A DNA stretch of 64,000 nucleotides from Pseudomonadaceae bacterium (GTDB lineage Bacteria > Pseudomonadota > Alphaproteobacteria > UBA2136 > UBA6156). The translations under genes and the position numbers were made by a program. The stretch lies in assembly GCA_024236095.1 (NCBI GenBank), contig JACKLD010000012.1:214291-278290 (forward strand), in the 5' to 3' direction. The first letter of the stretch is position 1; each line of letters opens with the position of its first letter. A model generated the notes under the pieces. It ran no database searches and had not been told where the DNA came from. It saw only the letters and a program-made list of their open reading frames with translations. This document shows, piece after piece, positions 1-10,529 of this stretch.

Positions 1-35
1 AACTGGCCTGCATGGCCGCGCAAAGGTTCTAAACC

Positions 36-1748
36 GTGACCACGGCTCTCACCCTCTGGCTGGCGGTGGCGGTGGTTCTCACCCTGCTGGCAGGCATCGG
101 GCGTTTGCTTGGCGGACGCACCATGCCCGCGTTCACCTCGGTTTGGGTGGGCTGGGGCGCCGCTGCCACGCTGATGACCCTGATGGCAGGCGCCACCCCC
201 CTGCCCATGCACCAGCAATTGGCCGCCTTCGGTGCGGTGGGTCTAGCCGGTCTGACCGCCAATCCGCCGACCTGCGACGACCTGCGCCGCCTCGGCAAAC
301 TGTGGCTGCTGGCCCTGCCATTGGCACTGGTGTGGGGCCATACGCAGGTGTTCATGTGGGATGACTTCGCCCACCGCCTGCCTTCATTGGCCTACACCTA
401 CATGTTCGACAGCCTGCCCGCCGCAGGCCTCCCCCCCAGCCATTCCGACTTCCCCGCCTACCCTTACGCCCTGACCTTGCTGGGACTGGCGGTGTGCGAG
501 CTGCTGGGCGGCTTCGCCCCCACCGGCATCGCGCTGGTAAACGGCGGGCTGCTGGTGCTGTTTGCAGGCTTGGTGGCCCACACCCTCTGGCCGCGCCACA
601 CCTTGCTATGGGGCCGCCTGGCCGCCGCACTGCTGCTGGTAACAGCGCTGGCACCGCCCTTCATACCCAAGGTGCTGGTATCGGCCTATCAGGATGCCAC
701 CCTCGGCCTCGCCCTTGCCGTGGCATGGCTGGCATGGCGACGCATGCTGCGGGAAGACGCCTACACATGGCGCGACTGGCTGCAATTGGGCGTTTTGCTG
801 GCGCTGGTGGTCAGCCTCAAGCAAGTCGGGCTGGTGCTGATGACCCTGTTCGGGCTGGCCATCGCCGCCTTGCACGCCCTCAACCTCGCCCCACGCAAAC
901 AGGCCGGGCTGGCACCGGCCTTGCTCCTGTTCGCCCCGCCGGTGCTGGTATGGAGCGCATGGCGCAGTTACGTGGCCCTCAACATGCCGGGCGGCGAATT
1001 TTCCCTGATGCCGTTTGCCGACTGGAACTGGCCGCTCATCCCCACCATGCTGTGGTCGCTTGCCGTTACCATGTGGGAGAAGCCCCTCACCTTCATCCCT
1101 CTGTTGGCCAGCACCCTGCTGCTGGCCAAACCGCGCTGGCGGGCCCGTTATGTCGATGCCCCCACGCTGGCGGCCATCGCGGTGGGCTGGGGCTACGCAG
1201 GCTTTCTGGGCTTTACCTATCTGGCGGCCTTCGGCACCTACGAAGCCGGCATCCTCGCCTCGCTCACCCGCTACCTGCAACACGTCAACTGGATGCTCTG
1301 GCTGGTGCTGCTCGTCACCGCGCAACGGGCGGGGCTGTTCTACCGCCTGCACCAACGGGGCTGGGAGATTGCCGCCATCGCACTCATCCTCACCTTGCCA
1401 TGGACTTTCAAACACCAGCTCATCGGCAAACCCAATGCCGAAGCCCGCCAGATGCTCGCCGTCGCCCCGCTGCTGATGGAACGCCTCCCCGCCGACGGCA
1501 CCATCCTCATCCAGGTGGATGAACCCCAAGGCAGCGGTTTCCGCGCCAAAGTGCTGAAGTACGCGCTGGGCCCGCACTACCGCGTGCAAACCGGCGTCAC
1601 CGGCTTCGGCGTGGCGGGCAACCCCACGCCCACCGTGTGGCTCATCGCCGATGACGACGGCCTCACCCTGCGCGACTGCCGCAGCGAGCCCTGCACCGTC
1701 AGCGTCCTTACGCCCGAGGCCACCGAAGCCGAGCCCCCCGCCCCATGA
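36..1748 (+). CDS. Polytopic membrane glycosyltransferase, GT-C fold (ArnT/PMT-like, polyprenyl-phosphate-sugar dependent)
   Basis: 570-aa ORF with a GTG start and more than 10 hydrophobic helices. Its stop overlaps the start of the downstream GtrA-family gene by 4 nt (ATGA), the usual GtrA plus GT-C pairing. Confidence 0.5.
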   Translation: MTTALTLWLAVAVVLTLLAGIGRLLGGRTMPAFTSVWVGWGAAATLMTLMAGATPLPMHQQLAAFGAVGLAGLTANPPTCDDLRRLGKLWLLALPLALVWGHTQVFMWDDFAHRLPSLAYTYMFDSLPAAGLPPSHSDFPAYPYALTLLGLAVCELLGGFAPTGIALVNGGLLVLFAGLVAHTLWPRHTLLWGRLAAALLLVTALAPPFIPKVLVSAYQDATLGLALAVAWLAWRRMLREDAYTWRDWLQLGVLLALVVSLKQVGLVLMTLFGLAIAALHALNLAPRKQAGLAPALLLFAPPVLVWSAWRSYVALNMPGGEFSLMPFADWNWPLIPTMLWSLAVTMWEKPLTFIPLLASTLLLAKPRWRARYVDAPTLAAIAVGWGYAGFLGFTYLAAFGTYEAGILASLTRYLQHVNWMLWLVLLVTAQRAGLFYRLHQRGWEIAAIALILTLPWTFKHQLIGKPNAEARQMLAVAPLLMERLPADGTILIQVDEPQGSGFRAKVLKYALGPHYRVQTGVTGFGVAGNPTPTVWLIADDDGLTLRDCRSEPCTVSVLTPEATEAEPPAP

Positions 1749-2128
1749 CCCGCCCCCTGCCCCGCCAGATGCTCGGCTTCCTCGCCGTGGGGGCGCTTGC
1801 TTTCGTGGTCGATGCCGGCACCCTCTGGCTCTTGATGCAAACCGGCTGCCCCGCGATGCTGGCACGGGTGGCCAGCATCGCGCTGGCAATGGTGGTGGCG
1901 TGGTACGGCAACCGCACCCTCAGCTTCCGCATGACCACCCCGCCCACCCTGCGCGAGTTCACCCGCTATGCCACACTGGCCGGGGGCGTGGCCGTCCTCA
2001 ACTACGTCATCTTCAGCGCCTTGATTTTACTGACCGAGACTCCGCCTCTGCCCGCCACCGCGCTTGCCACCCTCGCCGCGATGACCGCCTCCTTCCTCGG
2101 CATGAAACGCGGTGTCTTCGGCAAATAG
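1745..2128 (+). CDS. GtrA-family membrane protein (polysaccharide synthesis/flippase-like)
   Basis: 127 aa with 4 TM helices, a GtrA-like N-terminus (LGFLAVGALAFVVDAGTLWLL) and the conserved GNRTLSF motif. Confidence 0.7.
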   Translation: MTRPLPRQMLGFLAVGALAFVVDAGTLWLLMQTGCPAMLARVASIALAMVVAWYGNRTLSFRMTTPPTLREFTRYATLAGGVAVLNYVIFSALILLTETPPLPATALATLAAMTASFLGMKRGVFGK

Positions 2129-2200
2129 CCGCCCGCGTACACGTCACATTCCGCCATATTCCCGCTTTCTCCATCGCCGCATCCCCGCTATACTCCGCCC

Positions 2201-5200
2201 ATGGGCGTGGGATACATTCACCTTACCTGCAAGAGCAGCTTTTCCCTGTTGGAGGGCATGGTGCCGGTCAAAAAACTGGCCAAGGCGGTGGCGGGCGCGG
2301 GTTTTCCGGCGGTGGGCGTGGCCGAGCTCGGCAATCTCTTTTCGGCGGTAGAAGCCAGCAAGCACCTCGCCGGCGCGGGCGTGCAACCCATTTTGGGCTG
2401 CGAACTTCCGGTGCTGGAACTCCCCTCCACCACCCTCACCGCCCGCCCTGCATTGGGGATGCTGACCCTGCTGGTACAAAACGAAACGGGGTGGAAAAAC
2501 CTCGCCCGCCTTGTCAGCATGGCCAACTTGCGCAAGCAAAACGAAGGCGACAGCGGCGTTGCGTTCAACGAGGTGTTGGCCCGTGCCGAAGGACTGATAT
2601 GCCTGACCGGCGCCTACGGGCGCGGCTGGGCCGCGCTGGGCGAGAAACAAGGGCGGCTGGAGGCGTTCATCCAACCTTTGGCCGAGGCCTTTGGCGACCG
2701 CTTGTATATCCAGTTGGAACGCCACGGCACCGACGGCGAAGCCGCCATGGAAGCCAGCCTGTTGGCCTTGGCCGGTAAACTCGACCTGCCGCTGGTGGCC
2801 ACCAACGACGTGCGCTTTCTCAAACCCGCCGACCAAGAGGCGTTCGAGGTGCTGGTGGGCATCGGTGATTCCACCACCATGGACGACCCCGCCCGCCGCC
2901 GCTTTACCCCCAACCACCATGTGCGCAGCGAGGCCGATATGCTGGCCGCCTTTGCTGATATCCCTGAAGCCTGTGCCAACACGGTACACATCGCCAAACG
3001 CTGCGCCTTCCTGCTTCCCGCCGTCAGCGTGAAGAAGATGTTCATGCCCAAGTGGGAGTTCAGCGGCGACACCCCCACCGACCAAGTCATCCGCGAAGAA
3101 GCCGCCAAGGGGCTGGCCGAACGGCTGGAGACCCACGTTTACCCTCGCTGCGACAACGACGAGGCCCGCGCCGCCGCCAAGGCGCAGTATGAAAAACAAT
3201 TGGCCTTCGAGCTGGATGTGATCATCGGCATGGGATATGAGGGCTACTTTCTGATTACCTCCGACTTCATCCGCTGGGCCAAAAGCAAGGGCATTCCGGT
3301 GGGGCCGGGGCGCGGTTCCGGTGCAGGGAGTTTGGTGGCGTGGTCACTGAAAATCACCGATTTGGACCCCCTGCGCTGGGAGCTCTACTTCGAGCGCTTC
3401 CTCAATCCCGACCGCGTCAGCCTGCCCGACTTCGATATCGATTTCTGCCAAGACCGCCGCGAGGAGGTTATTGCCTACGTGCAGACGCGTTTCGGTGCCG
3501 AACGCGTGGCCCAAATCATCACCTTCGGGACTTTGAAAGCCAAAGCCTGCCTGCGCGACGTGGGCCGCGTGCTGGGCCTGGGCTACAATTTCGTGGGCCA
3601 AATTGCCGCCCTGGTGCCGGAAGGCGCCAAGCCGCCGCCCATCAGCGAAGTGCTGGAAACCGACGAACGCCTGAAAGCCCGTTACGAGGACGAGGAGGAT
3701 GTCAAACGGCTGATTGACGTGGCCCTGCAACTGGAAGGCTGCTACCGCCACGCCAGCACCCACGCGGCAGGGGTGATTATCACCGACCGCCCCATTGCCG
3801 AGGTGTGCGGCCTGTATGTCGACCCACGCTCCCCCATGCCCGCCACCCAGTTCTCCATGGGCGATGCCGAATACGCCGGGCTGGTGAAGTTCGACTTTCT
3901 GGGGCTGAAAACCCTCTCGGTGGTGCGCATGGCCGAAGTGCTGGCCCGCAAGAAGCAACCGGAATTCGACATCAACACCATCCCGCTGGACGACATGCCC
4001 AGCTACCATCTGCTGGAACTCGGCCGCAACCTCGGCGTGTTCCAGATCGAATCGGCGGGCATGGTCGACCTCACCAAGCGCATGAAAGTTTCCAACATGG
4101 AAGACCTCTCGGCGCTCATCGCCCTCTACCGTCCGGGGCCGATGGAATGGATTCCCAGCTACATCGCCCGAAAAATGGGGCAAGAGCCTGTTTCCTACCC
4201 TCACCCACTGCTGGAAGACACGCTGAAAGTGACCTTCGGCATCGCCGTCTACCAAGAGCAGGTGATGCAAATGGCCCGCACGCTGGCGGGCTACACGCTG
4301 GCAGGGGCCGACATGCTGCGCCGCGCCATGGGCAAAAAGAAACCCGAAGAAATGGCCAAGCAGCGTGAAATGTTCGTGAAGGGCGCCGCGGACACCAACG
4401 GCATCGCGGCTGATGTCGCCAACAGCATCTTCGACCAGATGAGCGCCTTTGCGGGCTACGGCTTCAACAAGGCCCACAGCATGGCCTATGCGCTGATTGC
4501 CTACCAAACGGCTTACCTGAAAGCCCACTTCCCGCTGGAATTCATGGCGGCCACCATGACGTACGACCGTGGCAACACCGACAAACTGCTCAAATACAAA
4601 ATGGAGTTGGAAAAACTCGGTTTCACCCTGCTGCCGCCCGACGTCAATGCCAGCGAAGTGATGTTCTCGGTGGAAGAACCGGCAGGCGGCCAAGGTGCGG
4701 TACGTCATGCGCTAGCGGCTATCAAGGGCGCGGGCGAAGAGGTGATGCGCGGGCTGGTGGCCGAGCGGCAGGCAGGCGGCCCCTTCTCTTCCATCTGGAA
4801 CCTGCTGGCCCGCCTCGACCCGCAAGGTATGAACAAGCGCCAGCTTGAGGTTCTCATCAAGTCTGGCGCACTGGACAGTCTTGAGCCCAACCGCGCCCTG
4901 CTGCTGGCCAACATGGATAAATACCTCGCCTACGCCCAAGCCAACGCCGAACAGAAGTCTAGCGGACAAGAGAGTCTTTTTTCCGCCGAAAGCGGTGATT
5001 TGGACCCAGCCCCGTTCATGCAAGGGTTGGCCCCCGCGCTCGACATCGACCACCTGCAACAACTGGCCTTCGAGCAGGAGACGGTGGGCTTTTATCTCTC
5101 CGACCACCCCCTCTCGGCCTTTGCCGAAGAGCTGGACAAGGTGGCAGGGCTCAAGCCACTGGCCGAGATGGAAGACTTCGCCGCCGCAGGCGGCGGCAAC

Positions 5201-5662
5201 TGCAAGGTGGCGGGAATCGTCCATGACATCCGCGAAGTCAAAACCAAAAGCGGCAACCGCATGGGCATTTTAAGCCTGTCCGACGCCAGCGGCCAAACCG
5301 AGGTGGCGGTCTTCAGTGAGGCCTACGCCAATCACCAAGGGCTGCTGGAAAGCGGCGAGCCGCTGATGCTCAACCTGCGCGTGCAGCAAGACGGCGAGCG
5401 CCTGCGCATCAATGCCGAAGAAATCCGCACCTTGGCCAATGCGCTTGGCACCCGCGCCGAACTTTCCATCACCCTGCCGGATGCCACCCTGCTGCCCCAG
5501 ATCAAAACCGTGCTCGACAAAGCGGGCCAAGGCCCCACCCGCGTGCGCCTCACTTTGCCCGCCGCCGACGGCAAACAGGCCACGCTGAAAATCCCCCATG
5601 GCATTGCCTGCAATCCGAACGTGCTGACCAACCTGCGCGGCCTCGGCGTGGCCGTCACCTAA
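2201..5662 (+). CDS. dnaE: DNA polymerase III alpha subunit
   Basis: 1153 aa. Has the PHP-domain N-terminus (SFSLLEG...), the polymerase core (GRGSGAGSLVAWSLKITDLDP, FDIDFCQDRR) and a C-terminal OB fold. Confidence 0.95.
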   Translation: MGVGYIHLTCKSSFSLLEGMVPVKKLAKAVAGAGFPAVGVAELGNLFSAVEASKHLAGAGVQPILGCELPVLELPSTTLTARPALGMLTLLVQNETGWKNLARLVSMANLRKQNEGDSGVAFNEVLARAEGLICLTGAYGRGWAALGEKQGRLEAFIQPLAEAFGDRLYIQLERHGTDGEAAMEASLLALAGKLDLPLVATNDVRFLKPADQEAFEVLVGIGDSTTMDDPARRRFTPNHHVRSEADMLAAFADIPEACANTVHIAKRCAFLLPAVSVKKMFMPKWEFSGDTPTDQVIREEAAKGLAERLETHVYPRCDNDEARAAAKAQYEKQLAFELDVIIGMGYEGYFLITSDFIRWAKSKGIPVGPGRGSGAGSLVAWSLKITDLDPLRWELYFERFLNPDRVSLPDFDIDFCQDRREEVIAYVQTRFGAERVAQIITFGTLKAKACLRDVGRVLGLGYNFVGQIAALVPEGAKPPPISEVLETDERLKARYEDEEDVKRLIDVALQLEGCYRHASTHAAGVIITDRPIAEVCGLYVDPRSPMPATQFSMGDAEYAGLVKFDFLGLKTLSVVRMAEVLARKKQPEFDINTIPLDDMPSYHLLELGRNLGVFQIESAGMVDLTKRMKVSNMEDLSALIALYRPGPMEWIPSYIARKMGQEPVSYPHPLLEDTLKVTFGIAVYQEQVMQMARTLAGYTLAGADMLRRAMGKKKPEEMAKQREMFVKGAADTNGIAADVANSIFDQMSAFAGYGFNKAHSMAYALIAYQTAYLKAHFPLEFMAATMTYDRGNTDKLLKYKMELEKLGFTLLPPDVNASEVMFSVEEPAGGQGAVRHALAAIKGAGEEVMRGLVAERQAGGPFSSIWNLLARLDPQGMNKRQLEVLIKSGALDSLEPNRALLLANMDKYLAYAQANAEQKSSGQESLFSAESGDLDPAPFMQGLAPALDIDHLQQLAFEQETVGFYLSDHPLSAFAEELDKVAGLKPLAEMEDFAAAGGGNCKVAGIVHDIREVKTKSGNRMGILSLSDASGQTEVAVFSEAYANHQGLLESGEPLMLNLRVQQDGERLRINAEEIRTLANALGTRAELSITLPDATLLPQIKTVLDKAGQGPTRVRLTLPAADGKQATLKIPHGIACNPNVLTNLRGLGVAVT

Positions 5663-6205
5663 CGTCCTGAAGCCCGCTGCTCCGGCGCCCCCGCAGGCAC
5701 AACCTTCACCTGCTTGCCATATACATCCTCAACATAGGCGCGGAAGTACGCCGCCAACATGGCGTTCTCGCCGTTGATGCAGGCATCGGTGGTCTTTTGT
5801 TCCAGCCAGCCGATGGCAAACACTGCTTGCTGCAAATCATTTTCTCCCTGCAACGCAATCTGCGGATGCCCCAACCGCACTTGCAAATCCTCCGCCGAGA
5901 TCACACCATCCATATCCATACGTTCCACCTGCTTGCGCACCCGCCAGGCACACTCCTGCCGCTGCGCTTCCAGCGGCCAGCGGTTGAAGGGAATCTTGGT
6001 GCCGTGGCACTCCTTCCAACTCAGACACATGTTCGGGTCAGCCTTATCCTTGCCACCTTTTCCAAACGAAGGCACAGGCAACGGATGCACCAGCATCGCC
6101 ACCGACATGCGCACGTCGTTTGCCGTCGGCGCCGTGCTGCACCCACCGGCAACCAAAGCCGCCGCACCGGCAACCAACCCCGAACAAGCGCTGATACGTT
6201 TCATA
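5659..6205 (-). CDS. Hypothetical lipoprotein
   Basis: Real 3' portion of the long antisense ORF 5659..7773. ATG at 6205 gives MKRISACSGLVAGAAALVAGGCS (signal peptide plus lipobox). It is convergent with dnaE, and several Cys pairs suggest a periplasmic fold. Confidence 0.5.
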
Positions 6206-6339
6206 CCCATCACATAGGGCATCGTCCGATGTTTGCAAGCCCCCGCAACACAGTCCCCTCTGTCTTTTTCCACGGGGGAATTGACCGTTGTTGCGTTGCA
6301 GCATAGGCTGGCGCCAACAACCAACAACAAGAGGCCCCC

Positions 6340-7671
6340 ATGCCCAACGTGATATCCATGAAAAAATCTTCCGACAAAAAGCCCGCCAAAACGTCTTCCA
6401 CGCAAGATTCCCCCTCGGCCATGAAGGTGGAGTTTCCAATCCTTTCCGGCACCATCGGGCCCGATGTGCTCGATGTGCGCAGCCTCTACAAAGACAAAGG
6501 CGTGTTTACGTTTGACCCCGGATTCATGAGCACCGCCGCCTGCAAAAGCGCCGTCACCTACATCGATGGCGACAAGGGCGAGCTGCTCTATCGCGGTTAT
6601 CCCATCGAGCAACTGGCCAACAATGCGGGCTATCTGGAGGTCTGCTACCTGCTGATGTTCGGCGAACTGCCAAGCCCCAAACAACTGGAAGAGTTTGAAG
6701 ACACCGTGCTTTCCCACACCATGGTGCACGAGCAGGTGCACACCTTCTACCACGGCTTCCGCCCCGACGCGCACCCCATGAGCATCCTCTGCGGCGTGGT
6801 CGGCGCGCTGGCCAGTTTTTACCATGACAGCACCGACATCCATAACCCCCGCCACCGCGAAATCACTGCCTATCGCCTGATTGCCAAGATGCCCACGCTG
6901 GTGGCCATGGCCTACAAGTACAGCGTCGGCCAACCCTTCATGTATCCGGATGCCAGCCTCTCCTACGCTGGCAACTTCCTGCGCATGATGTTCGCCGTGC
7001 CTACACAAGACTACGTCGTCAACCCGGTGGTGGAACGCGCCATGGACGTCATCTTCACCCTCCACGCCGACCACGAGCAGAACGCCAGCACCAGCACCGT
7101 GCGTCTGGCGGGCAGCAGCGGTGCCAACCCGTTTGCCTGCATTGCCGCCGGTGTCGCCACGCTGTGGGGCCCCGCCCACGGCGGCGCCAACGAGGCCGTG
7201 CTCAACATGCTGGAAGAGATCGGCGATGTGAAGAACATCCCCAGCTATCTGGAAAAGGTGAAAGACAAACTCGACCCGACCCGCCTGATGGGCTTTGGCC
7301 ACCGCGTGTACAAGAACTTCGACCCCCGCGCCAAGATCATGAAGGAAAACTGCGACGCCGTACTGAAAGAGCTGGGCGTTGCCGACCCGGCACTGGAAGT
7401 GGCAATGGAGCTGGAACGCATCGCGCTGTCCGACCCCTACTTCATCGAGCGCAAGCTGTACCCGAACGTCGATTTTTACAGCGGCATCATCCTCCGTGCC
7501 ATCGGCATCCCCACCAGCATGTTCACCTGCATCTTCGCGCTGGCCCGCACGGTGGGGTGGATCACCCACTGGAACGAGATGATCGGCGAGGCCGACCAGA
7601 AAATCGGTCGCCCACGGCAGCTTTATATCGGGCCCAAACGCCGGGACTTCGTACCGTTGGCAAAACGGTAA
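6340..7671 (+). CDS. gltA: Citrate synthase (type II)
   Basis: 443 aa with the full citrate synthase signature ([39 protein letters not shown]). Confidence 0.95.
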   Translation: MPNVISMKKSSDKKPAKTSSTQDSPSAMKVEFPILSGTIGPDVLDVRSLYKDKGVFTFDPGFMSTAACKSAVTYIDGDKGELLYRGYPIEQLANNAGYLEVCYLLMFGELPSPKQLEEFEDTVLSHTMVHEQVHTFYHGFRPDAHPMSILCGVVGALASFYHDSTDIHNPRHREITAYRLIAKMPTLVAMAYKYSVGQPFMYPDASLSYAGNFLRMMFAVPTQDYVVNPVVERAMDVIFTLHADHEQNASTSTVRLAGSSGANPFACIAAGVATLWGPAHGGANEAVLNMLEEIGDVKNIPSYLEKVKDKLDPTRLMGFGHRVYKNFDPRAKIMKENCDAVLKELGVADPALEVAMELERIALSDPYFIERKLYPNVDFYSGIILRAIGIPTSMFTCIFALARTVGWITHWNEMIGEADQKIGRPRQLYIGPKRRDFVPLAKR

Positions 7672-7822
7672 CGCCGATTTTCTCCTTGCACAGTGCACGC
7701 CAAAGGCGTGACATCGGCCGCCCACGGCAGCTTTACATCGGGCCCAAACGCCGGGACTTCGTGCCGTTGGCAAAACGGTAACGCCGATTTTCTCCTTGCA
7801 CGGTGCACGCCAAAGGCGTCAT
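7606..7822. repeat. Tandem direct duplication (2 x about 105 bp, about 97% identical) of the last 21 codons of gltA plus about 40 bp downstream
   Basis: Copy 1 runs about 7606-7709 and copy 2 about 7715-7819, with a 5-bp spacer. Both encode ...[21 protein letters not shown]. Copy 2 abuts a NIME-like repeat. Confidence 0.8.
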
Positions 7823-7940
7823 TCCATCCCCGCCAAGTCGAAGCAACGACGGCAGACGGACAACTGGAGCCGGAACGAAGTGGAGACCAACGCGAAGCGT
7901 AACCAATGCCCGGGGCGCACGTTCCTGTGCAAACCCGCCC
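7808..7940. repeat. NIME/dRS3-like intergenic repeat element
   Basis: The CGCCAAAGGCGTCATTCCATCCCCGCCAAG...GAGACCAACGCGAAGCGTAAC segment is related to 45075-45160 and shares its core with 12060-12128 and 47033-47100. Confidence 0.5.
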
Positions 7941-8048
7941 CCCACATCTTGTCCAAATCCCTTCTAAAAACACCTCTTTCACAACATATCGTACCCACAA
8001 CTTTCTCAACCCCAAAACCTTGAAAAACCTCACCTTCACCACCATCTC

Positions 8049-9089
8049 ATGGAGGTGCAAAAACGCCCCGCCACCGTCACCCGCCGTTTTGCCCTAATGG
8101 CAGGCGCTGCCGTTGCTCTGACCCCATCTACGGCAAAGGCGAATGACTTCATCGAATGGGCCCGCAATATCTTCGGTGATCATGAAAAACCCTCAGCCTC
8201 GCCGTCCCGCGCACGTCGCTCGCAACGCCACAGCCAACCCAAACGCCTGACCGGCACGCCGGCCTTCCAATACTACGATGCCGAAGCCGACAAACTGATG
8301 GCCGGAAAATACGCAGGCTCGCTGCGCCGTATCGTGCTGGAATGCCCGAACATCCGCAAAGAACCCTTCATCATTGCCATCAAGCCCACCGACGGCAAAC
8401 CGTTCCGCTTCAACATGGAGCTGTTGGTCGAAGCCCTCCAATCACCTGATGGCGAGAAGCCATCTCCCCACCTCATCCAAGCCCACGGCCCGGCCATGGC
8501 CATGATGATCGTCCAGCACATGCAACGCTGTTCGCTGCCCGGACAGCAAGAAGCCCATGCCGTCATCTATTCGGCCTACCGCTCCGAGGCAAAAAACCGT
8601 TCCTGCGGCGGCAACCCCAACTCGCTCCACAAACGCTTCGCTGCGATAGATTGGGGCACCATCAACGGGTGCGAACCCGAGGTCATCGCCGGCGCCTCCA
8701 TTGCCGACGACATGGCCACCCGCCACGGCGGCACCGCTTATTACCCGAGCAAATTCATCCCCGACAAACGCCATTGGCGCGCTGCCTTCACCCATACCGA
8801 CCTCGGCACCCTCCGCTTCTGGGAAGACCTGTCGCCGGAAGAGATGCGCTCCGCCTACCAAGAGTGGCGTACCGAGCAACAAGGCCGCATGATTGTGGCC
8901 GAAGCACTCCCGCCCCTCCCCGACCAAAAACCACCCACCCCGCTGCACAACAGCACCTTTGCCAATGCCATGCGCGGCATCCGCAAGAATCCTGTTGCCA
9001 TACCCAACCACACGGCGACCGCCCACGCCAACACCACCTCCGGAATCGGGCAACGTTTGCTTCAATTTGTAACAGATTTCGGGCGCTAA
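8049..9089 (+). CDS. Tat-secreted DUF882/YcbK-like (peptidase M15A-like) protein
   Basis: 346 aa with a twin-arginine motif (TRRFALMAGAAVAL) and a central SAYRSEAKNRSCGGNPNSLHKRFAAIDW segment that matches the DUF882 core. Confidence 0.6.
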   Translation: MEVQKRPATVTRRFALMAGAAVALTPSTAKANDFIEWARNIFGDHEKPSASPSRARRSQRHSQPKRLTGTPAFQYYDAEADKLMAGKYAGSLRRIVLECPNIRKEPFIIAIKPTDGKPFRFNMELLVEALQSPDGEKPSPHLIQAHGPAMAMMIVQHMQRCSLPGQQEAHAVIYSAYRSEAKNRSCGGNPNSLHKRFAAIDWGTINGCEPEVIAGASIADDMATRHGGTAYYPSKFIPDKRHWRAAFTHTDLGTLRFWEDLSPEEMRSAYQEWRTEQQGRMIVAEALPPLPDQKPPTPLHNSTFANAMRGIRKNPVAIPNHTATAHANTTSGIGQRLLQFVTDFGR

Positions 9090-9577
9090 ACCCCCGCCAC
9101 CTTGCGCGCAAACGCCGCATGATGCGCATGGGTCAGCGCTACCGCCAACGCGTCGGCGGCATCGGCACTGGCAATCTTGGCGGTCGGCAACAACACCTTC
9201 ACCATGTGGGCCACTTGCTCTTTCTCGGCACGGCCACTGCCCACCAGCGATTGCTTCACCAACCGCGCGGCATATTCCGCCACCGGCACCCCATGCTGAC
9301 TGGGCACCAGCAAGCACACCCCGCGCGCCTGCCCCAACTTCAGCGAACTGCGGGCGTTGGTGTTCACAAACACTTCTTCCACCGCCGCCGCCTCGGGCTT
9401 GTGCGTGACAATCACCTCGGCCAACCCGGCGGCAATCACCGCCAGTCGCAAAGGCACGGCATAGGATGGCTTGGTGGAAATCCGCCCGCACGCCACAAAG
9501 CGGTACTGGTTGCCCTGCACATCAATCACACCGTAGCCGGTGTGCTCCAAGCCGGGGTCAATCCCTAAAACACGCAT
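9086..9577 (-). CDS. ruvC: Holliday junction resolvase RuvC
   Basis: 163 aa starting MRVLGIDPGLEHTGYGVID, with the conserved RuvC catalytic acidic residues. Confidence 0.9.
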   Translation of the reverse strand: MRVLGIDPGLEHTGYGVIDVQGNQYRFVACGRISTKPSYAVPLRLAVIAAGLAEVIVTHKPEAAAVEEVFVNTNARSSLKLGQARGVCLLVPSQHGVPVAEYAARLVKQSLVGSGRAEKEQVAHMVKVLLPTAKIASADAADALAVALTHAHHAAFARKVAGV

Positions 9578-10119
9578 CAGCGTTTGCCGTGAGAGGGCAA
9601 CATCCGCACCAATGTCTCGTCACGGAAGTAGCGGTGATGCACCACGGCGGCGGCCACATGCGCCACCAGCAAGGCGATCAGCACAAAGCCGGCAATCTCG
9701 TGCACCTCGCGGAACACTCCGGCCATCTCGGTGTTTTTGGCTACCAATGTCGGGACTTGCCACCCGAACATCGCCACCGGATGCCCCGCCGACTGGCTCA
9801 TCAGAATACCGGAAAGCGGCATCAAAAACATGAACACGTACAACACGTCATGTCCGGCGCGCACCAGCGGCTTCAGCCATGCCGGAATGCTGTCTACCAA
9901 TGCCGGACGCCGCTGCGTCACCCACCACAGCGCGCGGCCAAACGCCAACAGCAAAACCAGCACGCCGAAGGACTTGTGCAGCCCATACGCCGTGCCCTTC
10001 CATACCTGCGGCAGTTCGTCCAACGTCAATCCCAACGCCAACAGGCCGATAATCAACACGGCCATCAGCCAGTGGAAAAGTTTGGTCACAGGATGGTAAG
10101 CACGGGCAACGGCAGACAT
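9577..10119 (-). CDS. Cytochrome b561 family protein
   Basis: Has the YHPVTKLFHWLMAVLIIGLLALG N-terminus, 4 TM helices and conserved His residues. The start is chosen at the internal ATG (MSAV). Confidence 0.75.
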   Translation of the reverse strand: MSAVARAYHPVTKLFHWLMAVLIIGLLALGLTLDELPQVWKGTAYGLHKSFGVLVLLLAFGRALWWVTQRRPALVDSIPAWLKPLVRAGHDVLYVFMFLMPLSGILMSQSAGHPVAMFGWQVPTLVAKNTEMAGVFREVHEIAGFVLIALLVAHVAAAVVHHRYFRDETLVRMLPSHGKR

Positions 10120-10171
10120 GGCAAGGCTCCTTTTTGTATGCCCCATTATACGTAACCTTCGCAAAAACGGC

Positions 10172-10205
10172 ATAAAAAAAACCGACTCTTCGGCCGGTTT
10201 TTTAT
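10172..10205. terminator. Bidirectional rho-independent terminator
   Basis: AAAAAAAACCGACTCTTCGGCCGGTTTTTTAT hairpin flanked by an A-tract and a T-tract, immediately 3' of the histone-like gene. Confidence 0.6.
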
Positions 10206-10214
10206 GCCAGAAGG

Positions 10215-10529
10215 TTACTTCTTCTTGGCAGGGGCCTTTTTCTTGGCCGGAGCCTTTTTGGCGGGGGCTTTTTTCACCGCCGCTTTCTTGGCCGGAGCTT
10301 TTTTCACCGCAGCCTTTTTGGCAGCAGGTTTCTTGGCCGGAGCCTTCTTCACCGCCGCTTTCTTGGCAGGGGCTTTTTTCACCGCTGCTTTTTTGGCCGG
10401 AGCTTTTTTCACGGCGGCTTTCTTGGCAGCAGGTTTCTTCACAGCGGCTTTTTTGGCAGGAGCCTTTTTGGCCGGGGCTTTTTTCACCGCCGGTTTCTTG
10501 GCGGCGGGTTTCTTTTTAGCGGTTGCCAT
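10215..10529 (-). CDS. Histone H1-like / AlgP-like lysine-alanine-proline repeat DNA-binding protein
   Basis: 104 aa made almost entirely of [13 protein letters not shown] repeats. The DNA is a tandem 30-33 bp repeat array. Confidence 0.75.
   Translation of the reverse strand: MATAKKKPAAKKPAVKKAPAKKAPAKKAAVKKPAAKKAAVKKAPAKKAAVKKAPAKKAAVKKAPAKKPAAKKAAVKKAPAKKAAVKKAPAKKAPAKKKAPAKKK

Noticed and set aside
606-4708. Several long minus-strand ORFs (606-1889, 2144-3199, 3344-4708) and plus-strand ORFs 494-1522 and 1651-2778
   Set aside because: They are antisense to or out of frame with the GT-C, GtrA and dnaE genes. Their Arg/Gly/Pro-rich translations carry no motifs.
5659-7773. 704-aa minus-strand ORF spanning the whole gltA locus
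   Set aside because: It is antisense to a well-supported citrate synthase gene. Only its 3' end (5659-6205) looks like a real gene, a lipoprotein. The rest is a GC-rich shadow ORF.
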